Assembly (NCBI GenBank): GCA_965645245.1
Contig: OZ287072.1
Span: forward strand, 1,178,001-1,242,000
Length of the DNA: 64,000 bases
Source: Massalongia carnosa
Taxonomy: Eukaryota
Direction of reading: 5' to 3'
The notes under the pieces were generated by a model. The model was not told where the DNA came from. It saw only the letters and a list, made by a program, of their open reading frames with translations, and did not search any database. The position numbers and the translations under genes were made by a program. Below, one piece after another: positions 10,978 to 26,095 of the stretch (within the stretch, counting starts at the first letter, position 1; each line of letters begins with the position of its first letter).

Positions 10978-13900
10978 CTAAATGTCCCTTGGGTCAGGCG
11001 AAATACCAATGATTCTAGAAGGTCTGTTTTCTTTCCCCGGCCTAGTGATACCATTGGATAAAGGTGCTATAACTAGCTCTCCGTTAGCTGCATAAGGGTT
11101 GAAAATCTGATTGTTTGATGGAAGCGTAGGTGGCTGGAGAGCATTAACCGCCTTCATCTTCTTTTTGCGGTTCAAGTTGCCAATAATGCCAACAAGATAT
11201 CTCTTAGCTTGCTCGACCTCTGCTCGTGGCTCAGGACTCGACTTAAGGGTTTCAAGCATTGCTCGACATTGGGTCACTGAGTTCAGATGGGGGCAGTTCC
11301 TGGTGGACCCAGCTCCAAAGTGGGCGATCCCACAGAGGCCACAGTATTCAACTCCAGCCCGTTTCAAGGGACAATAACCTAACGGATGGATTGAACTACA
11401 AACTAAACATGGCGCACTTGCGGCGTTTTGGTATGTTTGGCTAGCCGCATCTGTGGCTGCGGGGACCTGATAAGATGATTTGCTGGGCATTTCTGCACGT
11501 TTGAATGCGCGAGCTATAAATTCTCATCTCAGTTGACTTCTTTTAGGAGGATTGAATAGTACATACCTCGGGAGTTTGTAGGAGAAATTTCATCAGTCTT
11601 AGGCTCATGATTGAGCGGAGAGCGTCGTGGCGCTAGCTTTGCCTCTTGAGATACAGCTTCATCATCCGCTTCAGCGAAGTCTTTAACAAGATCTTCGTCG
11701 GTATCTTCTCCATCACTCTCGGCACCACGTGCTTGAAAGTCTGTATCACTATCTGAGTGGCTTACATATCGAGATCCGGCTTTTTTCCCTGGTGAGTCTG
11801 GTCCTCCGTGCAAGGTTTGTTTGGTGTAATCCACCAGCTAGAATCATTACTAAATGAGCACCAGGCCTGACGTTGAAAACTTACTTGACGCTTACGCCTG
11901 CCTCTGCCTAAAGCCTCCGTCTTTGCAGCGGCCTCTGCAGCCACTTCTAGCTCTCGTGCCTCTAAGATCTTCTCCCATGTAGATGGATCAATATTTGTGT
12001 CACTCTCAGACCCACCTTCAAGCGTATCCTCCAATGAAGATTTAGCATTGGCCCACACACGAGCGAAGCTAAACTGTGACTCTGCCGAATTGTCGTTGCC
12101 TGTCTGAGTATTTTCTATCTGGCTTCTGTCCAACAGCTTGTCAACGGAGGACGAATCATAATAGATATCATGCGCATCGTCATCTTTAAAAAGAGCTTCA
12201 GCACCATGTCGTAAAATAGACTCTAGGTCTATGCCAGCATCATCTTCTGCCGCACTCATCTGCTCGATTAGGGCATGGTCGAGGGCCATTTTTCGCTTGC
12301 CAATTTGCATGATCTTTTCCTCGGCCGAACCGCGCGTGGTAAGCTGGAACACGAGCACTTTCTTTAGCTGGCCTATTCGATGAGCGCGTGACAGAGCCTG
12401 GATATCTTGATGGGGATTAAAATCTGGATCAAGGATAATAACTGTGTCAGCTGTAGCGAGGTTAATGCCCACGCCACCGGCGCGAGTTGAAAGTAGAAAA
12501 GCAAACAAGGGCGATTTTGGCGCATTAAATTCATCGATACGCTTCTGCTTCTGCAAGGAACTGACATTACCGTCAAGTCGCTGATAGTATAAACCAAGTC
12601 CATCGAGGAAATCTTCAATTATATCCAGCATGTCCAAGAATTGACTGAATATCAACACTCGATGTCCACGCTCCTGTAGCTTTGGCAGCATGATCTCTAG
12701 TAGTTTTAGCTTGGATGACGCTTCAACGAGGTTTCGATGAGAAACCGCAGCATTCGAGCTTCTCTCCTCAATAGCTTTGCTGTAGACGAAGGGATGGCAC
12801 AGGCATTTTCTGAGCTGCATAAGGATATTGTTCAGATTCGCGCGATCAGTCTGCTTCACGGATCGCTGGCTGGCTCCAAAAATCGACTTTATCAACTCGG
12901 AGTTTTTCGCGATGATTGATTTATATAACTTCTTCTGTACCACACTCATAGATACAGGGACGATAATTTGAGCCATAGGTGGCAAGAACGTGAGTACCTG
13001 AGTCTTAGTTCGACGCAAAAGTAATGTTCGAAGTAACTCATGAAGCTGGGGTACATTCTCTTTCGTCAATGTGGCATACTCTGCTTCCATAGCTTGAGCA
13101 TCGAAAGATTTATCCAAAAACTGTAAGAGATTGAACAGCTCCCTAGGGTTGTTCTGCAGCGGCGTGCCTATTATTGGTTAGTAACAAGCTCAACCTCTTT
13201 CTGACCGACACATACCTGTCAGTAGAACCTTGAACGGCACCTTGAGGTTGTTTAATGCTTCATAGAGGATATTCTTGTCGTTCTTAAGTCGTTGACCTTC
13301 ATCAACAATAAGGCCTTGCCAAGATATACCACGGAAAACCTTTCGGAAATCCTCGTGCTGAGCTGCTTCGTACGAAGTTACGATAACATGGCATCTCAAG
13401 TCTCTACCGCCACCAGAAAAAAGCTCATGCTTCTCAGCAAGCTTACGTGCTTGAGACGAACCATAATAGGCTACTACTCGAAGAGACGGCGCCCATTGTT
13501 TGAGTTCCCTACGCCAGTTAGGGCAGGTTGAGTTTGGTACAACTATCAGAAAAGGCCAGCATTTATGTTTTTGCTGGAGGGTTGCAAGAAAGCCGATAAT
13601 TTGAATGGTTTTTCCGAGCCCCATTTCATCGGCTAGTATGGCATTCTGACGCTGATGCCAGCGATAGTAAAGCCAATTCAGTCCCTCCATCTGGTATTCC
13701 ATCAGCTTTCCGCCAGTCAGGGCTTCCGGCTGACTGTGCAGCATAATTTTCTTCTCGAAATTTTGAGCTCTGACCTTACTAAGATGCGAGCCAAGAGACT
13801 GCGGTGCTGGTAGATGAACATATCTAGCCAGGACCCAATCTTCATATGCTATTTTGAAATCACTCCATCGTTGCGTATCGACCATATCTGGTGGTGCTTC

Positions 13901-16070
13901 CCACACAACATCCTCATAGCCCAGCCCTTTAAACTTCACCAATGCTTTCTTGACCTCTTTGATGCGAGCTTTATCAACCTTCTCTACATGAACTTTTACC
14001 AAGTTTGTATATTCTACATCCAGAACTATGTCAACGCGCAAAAACTCTTCAGGTATAGCGTCTTCGGTCGTCATCTTCGGTAAATTATTCTCATTGTCTC
14101 GTCTGGCAAATGCCTTTCTCATGGCTGACGACGTTATGCCCCAAACCCAGGCACCTGGTTTCCACAAAGTCCTAAAGTAAGACATATTTTTGTATTTCAC
14201 CAAATACTCTTTGTCATCTTCCGGGATTAGGTTTGTTGAAGTTCCAGGTTCGTAGCTCTCCAAATCAATAGGCCTCCATGCGACCAAGGAATCAATCTCT
14301 GCAGGGGTATTCGCACAATCTTGACAAGACCAGTCCTGGCAATACTCACTAAATCTTTCAGATGCAAGCTGCTCTTGAGTACGATCTGCGAAAGAGAGAG
14401 TGTCCGTTCTGCTGGGTAGATGATGTAGATGGCAAGCCCTATAGCACATAATGCAGCGGAAAAGAATGTTGTGAACGTTATTGACGAGATCAGCAGGAAC
14501 CTCTTCAACTGGATCCTCGCCATCATTGTCTTCCCTATCTTTTTGTTCTTGCCGTGAAGATTTTTTCTCTCGGAAGCTATTGCATGATACACCTAGTTCA
14601 TGGCAAACAAAACATGCTGCCTGGTTAGGTGCCATGAGATCCTTCTTCTGCGCTACACCAATGCACCGACGGCATTGTAATATGAAGTTTTGATATCCTA
14701 TTTTTGTTACAAGATGATCGCGGTTATTTCGCGGTCCTAGACACTTTTGGTGATAAGACAAGGTACAACCTTGACAGTAAATGAGCTGGCCTTTCACCTC
14801 GTTATCACCATCTTCGTTGCAAGTATCACATGTATGACGGTGCCGAAGACGGAAATCATTATCTGATGGTAATTGCTCATAATTCTCTTTGGCACCAATA
14901 AACTTAACGCCGCTTTTTGCAGCCACGGTATCAGGGATGTCATCTTCTCCAAGTTCACGCATGTCGCCAAGTGCTCTTTCAGTTCTTGTAGACCTGCGTG
15001 TACCTTCTGCTGGCGGCGCATCTGATTTCTGCAAACCATTAATGGATTTACGATATTTTCGGCCACTTGATTCTCTCGGTCGTCCTCGCTTTCGTTTCCC
15101 ACTGTGCAAAAAACTCTCTTCAGTCTCATTGCTGTCGTACTCATCCTGCACAGGATTTTCCGTGTAATTGACTCGAGCCTTGCCACTCAATCGTCCTTTT
15201 TGAGCGGATCGAGAAGGTAGCCTTTTTTTCCGACTCACATTATCGTAGTCACTACTGGCCTCTTCAGATAAAGATTCGGACCGAGATGAGTTAGAAGATG
15301 AAGGTTTTCGAACAGAGCTTCGTCGATTTAACTGGACATTTGGAGCGCTTAGGAGGTCTCTCTTTCGATGCATAGAAATCTTCATCGGTTGTGCGGTTGT
15401 GAGCTCGTCATCTGAGGAGGAAAGGTTTAAGTTTGTGAGATCGACGAAACCAGCCCCTCTTGTGGCTCCACGTTGAATCTGCCGGGTTGACCTCCGGGTG
15501 GGGGGCTTTGAAATTGAAGGCTGGCTTTTGAAGGCAGTTAAGGCCTCAATTCCATTTGACGCCTCTAATAGAAGAGGGTATGGAAGCTTCATAACATGTA
15601 TGATCAGTTAATGTTCCATTCACTGTGAACATATAACGTAAAAGTGCATGAAGGCCGTTTCTTACGAAAAATCAGACACCACTCACCTCCTCTTCATTCC
15701 CATCTGAGTACTTCACAAGAAATTGCAACTCTTCTGAGTCATCATATTCTTTTATGACTTTGCTGATAAAAGCTTCCTCCTGGTATGGTCGGTATTCCCA
15801 GCGCCGCTGAACAGAAGGTACAACAACTTGAACGGCATCCCGTCCTATAACTTCAGGATGTAGAGCTTCATATGTGACTGAGATCGTTGAAACAGGACTA
15901 TGCTCAGACACAAAGAGTGGTGAGGGGGAATCTTGAAGGTGACTGGCACCATCCATGATTTCTTGCGAGCCAGCTACAACCCCCGCCCTTCGTTGATCTT
16001 CATCGATTTCATTTAGCTCGTGCTTCTGAAGTTCAGGATTTTTCAGGGCGCCAACAAGAGAATTAGACAT
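10978..16070 (-). CDS. mit1: Mit1/Mi-2-like CHD-family SNF2 chromatin remodelling ATPase with PHD fingers and C-terminal Cys/His Zn-finger; 5 exons
   Basis: PHD (CDTC..CQGCTLSYHQKC). Helicase motifs ILADEMGLGKT, LIVDEGQRLKN, TGTPLQNN (across an intron), LIFSQF, LSTRAGGVGINL and QALSRAHRIGQ. C-terminal CLVCSSIH..CGLCGIAH..CPH. Introns at about 15686-15587, 13215-13168, 11884-11838 and 11565-11514. Confidence 0.92.
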
Positions 16071-16474
16071 ATTGTTATGCTCTTACTTCCGTAAAAACTA
16101 CACAAATCTTTAGGTGTCCAGTATCTGCATGGTGACCTCAGAGATAGATTGTTAAACATTATGGACAGCCGCTGGAGTACAAAAGCTCATGATTGAAATG
16201 GAGGGACATGATAAGCCATATAACGAGATTGACAAGTAGATGGAGCAATTGCTTGAAGCGTGTGAAATATAAAAGCTTAGCGCTTTTGAAAGAACTTGAC
16301 GCGTTGATATAAAAGTGAGGTTCGTTTATCCTTGTAAGTCCTGAAACTTAAAGCTACTCTAGGTGCCTAAATAGCTTGTTCATGAAAAAAAAAAATGGGC
16401 CGAAGAGCCGATTCCAGGAGGTATCAGAGAAAAAACTCCCAGCCTATCTCCAATTACCCAACGTCGTCAATGTA

Positions 16475-18907
16475 ATGCTCAGAGCGGCTTTCTTCGCCAG
16501 GCTTGAATTAAGTTCAAAGAAGCAATCACTTAATCTCTGTACTCTGACGAGCGTTGTGCAACGGGTGTCTGTTTCTACAAATTCAGCCATACACAGGGGC
16601 ATCCGAAGATCTAAGTCCGGGGCAATTAGGGGCGAGCCTAGTTCACGATACGATAGAGGCAGAACAGATGGATTCTCTGCTGAGCGTAGATCCCCTGCAT
16701 CTCAGGAAGAGTTTCGTAGGAGGCCACATAGGCCTAATCATCAAGCGCGGCAGGATGTGGACGATATAAGGGAGTCTACAATACTGAATGAGGAGAGGAA
16801 GTCACTTAGGCAAGAAAAGTATCTGCGAGGAGGAGCAAGAGAACTTCGGATGCCACGCTACTCGCATCAGGGATCTTATGAGCCCAGGGCAAGATTCAAT
16901 GCGGACCCAGGAAAAGCATCAGCTTCGGAACATATAAATATCCGCAAGTACCCTTTGGCATCAGGTGCGATCCGCAAGTATCCCTCGTCAGCACCACCAT
17001 CTTTTAGTGGACCAAATCGAGCAACCCGCCGAGCGGCTATCTACGGAGAACCTTACAACTCGCCAGATAGTAATCAAAAGCCCGAACAAGGAGGATATCA
17101 TGCAGAGGCACCAACCGCTCAGCTATCCGCAAGGTCCAAAGGAAGCATCTCGCAGCGCAATCGAGATTTTGGTATGAATCGCGGTTTTGAAAAGAGTAAC
17201 TTTGCTGCATTCGATGGGGAAAGAAATGGTGTTTACGGTGAACGGAGGAGCGCATATAGAGAATCTAGTAATGATTATGGAGAACAAAGAGCTGGTCACG
17301 AGGAACAGAGAAGTGATTACGGTGATCGAAAGGGGTATGGTGAAGAACCGAGGAGTGTTTACGGCGAACGCCAAAGCGCTTATCAAGAACGGAGGGGTGG
17401 CAATGAAGAGAATAACCACGAATTTGAGGAACGGAGGAGCGACAATAGAAACAGAAGCGAAGTTTCCGAGTTCTACACGAGGGACACAATCAATTCTGGC
17501 AGATCACCAGGATTGCGTGTGAAAACCAACCCTCCGCAAGGAATCCCATATACCACCCCAGCCTCCGAGTTCCTATACGGCACTTCCGTCATAATCGCAG
17601 CTCTCAAATCCTCCCGTAGGAAATTTTATAAGCTCTATATCTATTCTGGCGAAAATCGAGAAGCTGGCACTCGAGATGCCGCGGTAGGAAAATTAGGTCT
17701 TGCAGCTGGCGTAGAGGTTATTAATGTTGAAGGGGAGTGGTTGCGGCTGATGGATAAGATGAGTAATGGACGACCGCATAATGTAAGTTGCTCTATTATC
17801 TTCCCTAGAGCACGAAAGGCTTATTTGAGTCTTATATTGTGATTTAGGGCTACATCCTAGAAGCGTCGCCTTTGCCAACGATGCCGGCCGTAGGGCTTCA
17901 ACCTGTCCGCAAGCTTGAAGACCCGCTGAACGTATCCCTCGACTATCAGTCTCGCGAGGAGGAGGCCATCAACGGGACGAACCCGAACATCAAGTATCAA
18001 ACCGGCTTTCCTCGGTATCCTTTTGTCCTTATACTCGATGGTATTGTAAGCCTGCTCAACCACTTCCAAACCCCAAATCCAAGCGTCTTTGCCATTTCTC
18101 AAATCCCCCAGCTAATCAGATCCTTAGGTCGACCCTGGTAACCTCGGCGCAATCCTCCGCACCGCCTACTTCCTTGGCGTTGATGCCGTTGGTATATCCA
18201 ACCGTAACAGTGCCCCCCTTGGTCCCATTGCGCTGAAAGCCTCCGCTGGTGCCTCGGAATCCCTCCCCCTACTTAGTATTGCTCAGCCTGCCAACTTCAT
18301 CGATGAGGCCCGCCGCAACGGCTGGAAATGTTACTCTGCCGTCGCGCCCTCCTCCTCCTCTTTATTCTCCTCGCCAATTAGTTCAGATTCTAGCAGTAGT
18401 AGAAGAGGCGCGTTCACGACCAGCACGCTTGGCTGCCCTCTCAGGAATCATCCATGTATACTCATGCTGGGAGGCGAAGGAGAAGGGCTCCGAAAAATTC
18501 TCCAGAAAAAGGCGGATTTCACAGTTGGGGTGGAGGGCTATCGAATGGGTCATGGGGGCGTGGATAGCCTGAACGTGAGCGTCGCTACGGGTTTACTGTG
18601 CGAAGCTTTCATGCGGATACCAATTTCTGCCATGGAGGCTTATGGCAGATCAACGCCACGACAGTCAGCCAGGCAAAGGGAATCCAGTGACGACGAACCT
18701 GTTGTTTCCTCCAGGGTGGACTACGATGCGCGGCGTGATGAAGTCCTTAGCAGGCAACCGAGTTCTACGGAGTTATGGGAGGGTATGACAGTTGGCGGGT
18801 TTGAGTCGAAGGAGGTGGAGGAGGAAGAGGGGGGTGGTATCGATGAGTCGGCCGTGCATGTTTTCGACGAGAAGGAAGTGCCAGTAGGGAGAAATCGGTT
18901 ATTTTAA
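16475..18907 (+). CDS. MRM1: Mitochondrial rRNA 2'-O-methyltransferase (SpoU/TrmH, Mrm1/Pet56-like); 3 exons
   Basis: Arg/Ser-rich presequence-like start MLRAAFFARLE. Motifs IPYTTPASEFLYG, GRPHNGYILEASPLP, LDGIVDPGNLGAILRTAYFLG, LGGEGEGL and DSLNVSVA. Confidence 0.9.
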
Positions 18908-20048
18908 TAACCCGCATGCTCGCTCGCTCGCTTGTGTGTTCTTCTTGTACGATTTTATTGGCCTTTCGGCTATGCTGTCATACCTTATAATGGAACATCA
19001 AGATTGTCAGCTCTTCCCCATAGCTAAGTAAGAGCCTTGGATGTCCGCCTATCTTCTATCATCCATCCATGGCCCATACACTCTTGTCATGTCTTCTCTT
19101 GTCTCATTCGTTGGCTTCTCCTCCCCCCTCCCCCCCTCTCCTTTATCCCTCCCTTATCTATCTGTCTTTAACTCGAGATTCAAAACCCTTCTTCCAAACC
19201 TAGGTACTCTACACTTCCTTCCGTATCCAATTTCCTCTCCCTCCCCTCCAATAGAAAGGCTTGTTAAAGCCTTTTATCCCCTCTCCCCCTTCCTCACCCA
19301 CTGTTCCGTGCTTCTTCAGAGAGTTAACCTTTGTTTGAACTTTCATAGCTACAGAAAAGTTCATAGTTTGCGAAGAAACTTAATTAACCCAGTTCTCAGT
19401 TTCGAATACAATAGCAGTATCAACAATCTTATTTACACTTCCTGTTACAGTTCCGCCCCTTCCATTCGAGCTATCCAATAGGGTTATAAATGAGTCTAAC
19501 TATTTCAAGCCAGATTATGCGTTCTTCATCTAACTGCTAGATTAGTTTCTCGAGGATTCAACCTTGGTTGTCAACAATTTTTTCAGGTGTTGACACGCAA
19601 ACTGTCAATAGCAACCAAAACTCCGGATGATATCTGACTGTGGGCTTGTAACCTGCTGTCATGTAAATTCACCTGATAACAGCTTCGTTTGCAACCCTCT
19701 TATATTTACTGAATGTTCTCATTATCGTTATTCTAATTCTGACAGTGCACATGAACATTCATCAAGATGCGTTTTCTTTATAGATAAGTGTTGTACACAT
19801 TGACGATAGGCCATCTCCTAAATTGGGGGTGGGTACCTAGATAAACCAACCCCCTTTATATGTTTCTCAGCTCTTTCACAGCCTATTTACCTATGTAACT
19901 AAATTCCGTAAAATGCTTATGCTAAAGCTCCTTGTCAAGGGCTAAATAAAACGAAACTGTTCAACTTACCAAGATCTCCCATACAAGTACCTTTGAACAC
20001 TTCATCCATCACAATAAACAATATCCGCCCCAATCCATTCACTTTCAT

Positions 20049-21876
20049 CTAGAAATTTTCTTTCCCCCAAGCAAAGTTGAAGCCCGGCTCGGAATACATT
20101 TTGCACCTAACATGCAGCTGGTTTCCTAGCGCCTTTGGGCCGCAAAAGAAAACACCCGCTTCGGCTGGAGCATGGATTTTGCGAATGGACTTGAAAATGG
20201 CGTCCCAATTCGGACGGCCAAAATTGGTTGGCGCTCGCAACCCTGTGATGGTATCTTTTTCCGCATCTGCATCGTTGATCATGATGTTTGTGGCGTCGTC
20301 GGATTTAATCTTGGCTGTGAGATACTTGAAGCAAAGACTTAGCAGAGTAGATCTAGGATACTTTGGCTAGCGCCACTTACGGTATGAATCTCAATATGGC
20401 TATCCATATCCTGGGCTTCGATGGCCATAAGCAACGATCGAAACCACTCAAACGATCCAAAGTCGCGGCACACCCAGAAGAAGTACACCTTCCTAAGCCG
20501 AGTCTTTTGCTGAGGATAATTCATACGATACCAGATGCTTTTGAGAATTGCAGCAAAAGGAGTCACGCCAATACCGGCTCCAACAAGCACCGCGATTTCG
20601 TATTTAAAGACGTCCTCTGATGCGCTGCCGAAAGGTCCATCTATGAAAACCCGTGGAAGTATCTTCCGAAGCGAAGGGTCCACGTCTATATTTGAGGCTT
20701 TCTGATCGATCCCTACTACGGCAGAACGTTCAGCTCCAGACTTCTCGCTACCTTGGTCGAAACTACAACCCACTGCAGCAGCCAGAGCCATTGTGAAGTT
20801 ACCAATGCAGCGGATGTGCACCGAAATGTAATCTTCCTCAGGAGCACTAGTTAAAGTGAAGGGATGGTATTGCCAGACGGAGATCTCGGGACAGCACAGA
20901 AAAATGTACTATAGAGTCATTAGCTCCAAGGGCCCAATTTCTGAAGAGACCTACTACTTACTTGGCCCGCCCTCGATTTAGTGTGCTCTTTCTTGATCTG
21001 AATCTCCACCACCCTGCTTGGATGCTGGATAACCTTTGAGATATATGTCTTGTGCCGCCCACGAACCTCTCTAAGGACTCTTTCTATAAGATACACGAAC
21101 CCACCATACATCCAGAACTCCCAAAAGACGCCTGTTCCTTGACAAAATGGTGCCATATCTGTTTTGATCATACAGAATGCTCCATGCACGGACCAAAAGA
21201 CAAAAAATATGACAAAGAGATGATGCATGTACCAAAATTGCTCAAATTTGGTACGTCGAAACTTTTCAATAGATGTGGCAGCCATCAGCATCAGGCAAGT
21301 AAGCATTATATACCCAGACCAGCCAGGGCCGGTAGTGAAATTAGCAGCAAGAAACCCTTTGAAACCTTGCTTGTTCTTGGCGGAAAGCTGGGCAAAATTG
21401 TTCCAATGTGCGAACGTATGGACCCAGGTAAAGAAGACAATCGACCAAGCCACAAGCTTATGGAAGGAGATGTTTTCATCAAATTGTATGATGCCGTTCA
21501 AAGGAGTCTGCCTCGCCAGCGATATGAGTGTGCGACAGACTGGAAAGATGAGGATGGCAATGTCAAAGTGAAGGACCAATGCAGCAGCTCGGGCAATGGA
21601 GTATGTTGCCCCGAACGTCGAACGTGCCTCGTTCATGTTATCTTTCAGATGGTAGTTAATGAAGCCAAAGGCAAATATCATACTGTGTAGTACCACGAAC
21701 ATGAAGACGAAGAGATGCTCGGAGCCTCGCTGTGCCAACCACCGGCTGATCTTTTCCCGCCATGTAAGGTCTCGTGGGGGCTCCGAACTCATCTCACCAG
21801 ACATCAGCATCCTCGTCAAAGGCGGCCATCTTGCCCTCTCTAGTTTCGCAGACGATACGCTACTTGTATCTGACAT
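20049..21876 (-). CDS. noxB: NADPH oxidase B (gp91phox-like, Nox2 type); 3 exons
   Basis: N-terminal RWPPLTRMLMSGEM typical of fungal NoxB. Haem His pairs (FHKLVAW..WVHTFAH; YMHHLF..SVHG), FAD motif QYHPFTLTS, DGPFGSASE, GAGIGVTPF, FFCGP and terminal KENF. Confidence 0.95.
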
Positions 21877-23098
21877 TTTGAAACTTTTCAGTATAAGTTT
21901 GAGTGATATCCGACCAGGACGAAAGGCTTGTTGAACGTTGATGATAATAGGAATAGGGAACAACACCGTGTGCAGTACCGATCGCCAACTGGATGTGTTG
22001 GGAAAGACGGATGGTGTTCTTTAAGAGGACAGAAGATGAAATCAAGAAGCTACATTGAGGATTAGCTACGACGATCATTAAATTGAAAGAGAGATAGAAG
22101 GAGCGCTCCAACACGCGCACTTACTTAATAGCGACCTGCGCTGTTTGGGCCTGCCCTCGGGAGAATACAAGAAAGGTATTACTGTTCAACTTGGCAATGC
22201 TGTCAGTTATTGAAGGAGAATGTAAAAACTTGTGCATGCAACTGAAGACTTAGGGGTATCTTGGTGCCGCTAGGTACCCGTAGTTGGTGAAATTCAAGCG
22301 AAGTTCAGGGCAATGCCTGAAGGAGATCCTGCACCATGAGTAGGAGAAGGGGCAGAGTGCCTATGGCAGCTTTATTAATGTGTCAGTGTCGAGCATATGG
22401 TAGCGATTGGGTTTCCTTAGATGCCCAGTCTTTATGCTGCATTTGCCCCGCAAATGAAATCTGTTCTGTCATTGCCGTTGTCCAGTTACATGGAGTCTCT
22501 GATCGGTACGAGTAGACTCGGCGCCTCGTGTTTGAAGCGAGTTTCGCATCATCATCCAATTCATGCAGTCATCACGTGATTTTATAATACAGACCCTTGG
22601 CATGGCGGGATGACCCCTCGAATAGCCTGCGCTTATCTGATAAGATAGGACGCCCGAGGTATTAAAGGATTTCTGACAGGTACTCTAGTTCTTATGGAGT
22701 AATACAGAGTAGAGTATCAGGTTTGTGGAATGTGATTGGTCCTGAATTTGATCAATGAAATACTCAGCGGGTCAAGAAAAGTCTACCAAACGGGAAGTAG
22801 AATCGATTGAATATGAACCTATGATGCTACTTATGATTTCCACGCAGTATGAACCAGTTCTCAACAACCCCTAACCGCGCCACCATTTATCGGAACCAGC
22901 ATAAAATCATGCCTGTTACAAAGACCAAATATTCAACACCATTCCGGAGTTATCGAGGAAGCCAAGTACAAAAGAGAAAGTGGAAAATGCTCATGATGAA
23001 TCCAGTTGCCGTAGACCAGCCTGGACTGCGCTCGCCTATGGAAACAGATAGCGACCATCCCCCCCCCCAAATCGAAAGCGCTCTGTGCCGGTCTGTTC

Positions 23099-23880
<782 letters not shown>

Positions 23881-24662
23881 TTTTTCGTGAGATGAGGATG
23901 TCGGTATCTAAGAGTTGGCCGTTCGAGTTTTGATGAGGACGTTTGTGAAAGTGTCTTGTCGGAAGGCAAAACGAGGTGGGTTAAATAAGACTAGGTACTT
24001 GTACGAAGAGGGTTAGTCATTTGAAATACCGTGATGACGCACAATTCTCAGTTCCCTTTCGCGAGTTGTTCACGGTTCAAACTCATGAACACAAAAAAGC
24101 CACGGGACTAACACAAGATGTACTCTGATGTGGAATATTCAACATTAAGTTACGCACCTTCAGCGATGTACTAGAGCATGTCTCTGTTCAAACGAGTTAC
24201 TGTCCCAACACCAAAAAGAAAGCCAGTTATCTATGAAGGATGAGTTCAGCCGGACTCAATTCTAATAGGTCTGTGACAATCACAGACACCGCAGAGCTAC
24301 TGACTATTGTAAGCGCCTAGACCAACACCGGCCCGAATCAATGCAAGAGCACACCAATATGGACGTATTAGGAAATCTAAAATTGAAAAATTGGCACAGC
24401 CTTCGAGTTCAGATAATTATTTATATTGTTGAATGGCTGATTGACGGTGCCTAAGTCACTAAGTGGCCTCTCGTTTGACAAATTACCTTGGTGGTTTCGT
24501 AAGACCGACAGAGTGCAGAGTAATGTGGCAGGATTACTTGCATGTAGCGGGCAACTCCCGTAAGCTTCGGGTGCCATTGCCATTGTGCTCCCAACGTGCA
24601 CCATGCTTCTTTGTGATGAACAGTCATGTGAGTTAACGATGGTCCAAAATTCTAATTTTTTT

Positions 24663-26095
24663 TTACATAAAAGCTTGGATACCTGTGATAGCTCTACCTA
24701 ATATCAAACCTTGGAAGTTTATTAGCAAAAGCACCGACTTGTGGAGCTTCCATACATACTGTGGATATCGCTCTGACCTTCATAGGTTTGTGTTACGAAA
24801 AGATTGGCAACATGCCGTCCTATTCCGTACTCATCGCTGACTGCGTTACCGCCAAAAATCTCTTGTAGCCTTTTTTCAATCAACACAAACCCTGTCGAAA
24901 TCAACAGCTGATGCTTACGTTCTGGCATTGATTAGTGCTCGGTCACAGTTTTGCCTTTTGATCATGGATATCATTTCAGGAGCTGCTTTGCCTTCATCCT
25001 GAAGCCGGCCGACTTGAGTTGCAGCAAGGAGACCGTACGCTGCATCTGTCACTGCGTCGGATAACTTTTTCTGCACTAGCTGATATTTGGCAATGGGATT
25101 GTTATTGAACTGACGACGCTCCAGCGAGTATATTCTGGCTCGGGAAATACAGTCTTCAAGTGCGCCTATTACACCCCAGGCGATACCATACCTAGCGGAG
25201 TTGAGGCAACTAAATGGTCCTCTCAACCCTTCAACATCTGGAAACATATTTGCAATAGGAACCGGGCACTCGTCTAGATGGATCATTCCAGTTATTGAAG
25301 CTCGAAGACCATTTTTGTTCTTTAGGGGGGGTGTTTCAAGGGTGCCAGCAGGACTATTAGCACGATCAATCAGAAAGCCTCTTATCTTGCCTGTGCTTTG
25401 CAACTTGGCCCATACAAGGAGAACTTCTGCTATTGGGGAGTTGGTGATCCAGGTTTTGGAACCGGATAATGACAAGTAACCTTCCTTGGATGGATGCGGT
25501 TTAGCAATCGATTCCATAGATCCAGGATCAGATCCATGATCAGGTTCTGTCAAACCGAAGCATCCAAGCAGCTTCCCCTTGGCCAGACTTGGTAGATACT
25601 TGTCCTTCTGCTCTTGTGTGCCGAACTCATCAATCGCGCCCATTACTAGTGAACTTTGGACAGACATGCCTGATCGGTAGCCGGAGTCGACTCTTTCTAC
25701 TTCTCTAGTGATGAGTCCAGAAGCAACGCTACTAATCCCAGCACAACCATGCCCTTTGATTGTTGCCCCAAGAAGACCCAGCTCACCCATTTCCTCTAGA
25801 ATTTTTCTGTCGTAGTGCTCATTTCTATATGACTCTACCAGCATATACATTAATATTATCGGTCAGTAAAATGTGTTCAGTTTCACATACCCAGTACCCT
25901 TGGCAGCAAATATTCCTGGCAATAAGACCTTGCAGTCTCTTGTATAGCAAGCTCTTCCGTTGTAAACAGGGAGGCCGAATCCAGAGGGTCTTCCCAATCA
26001 AAGGCGACTGGAGCATGTATATATTGCTTGCCTAAATGATTCCATGATGTCCGAGCAAACTCTCTAAAGCTTTTACTTGATATACTTCTAAGCAT
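24663..26095 (-). CDS. GCDH: Glutaryl-CoA dehydrogenase, mitochondrial; 4 exons
   Basis: FDWEDPLDS, VERVDSGYRS, CFGLTEPDHGSDP, GSKTWITNSP, ARYGIAWG and TYEGQSDIHSLILGRAITG after splicing. Confidence 0.95.

Noticed and set aside
21052..21690. Long antisense ORFs over noxB, FEN1, Rba50 and other genes
   Set aside because: These are shadows of the real coding strand.
24060..24095. GGTTCAAA T-loop-like motif upstream of UBC4
   Set aside because: No acceptor stem, D-arm or anticodon arm could be built; not a tRNA.
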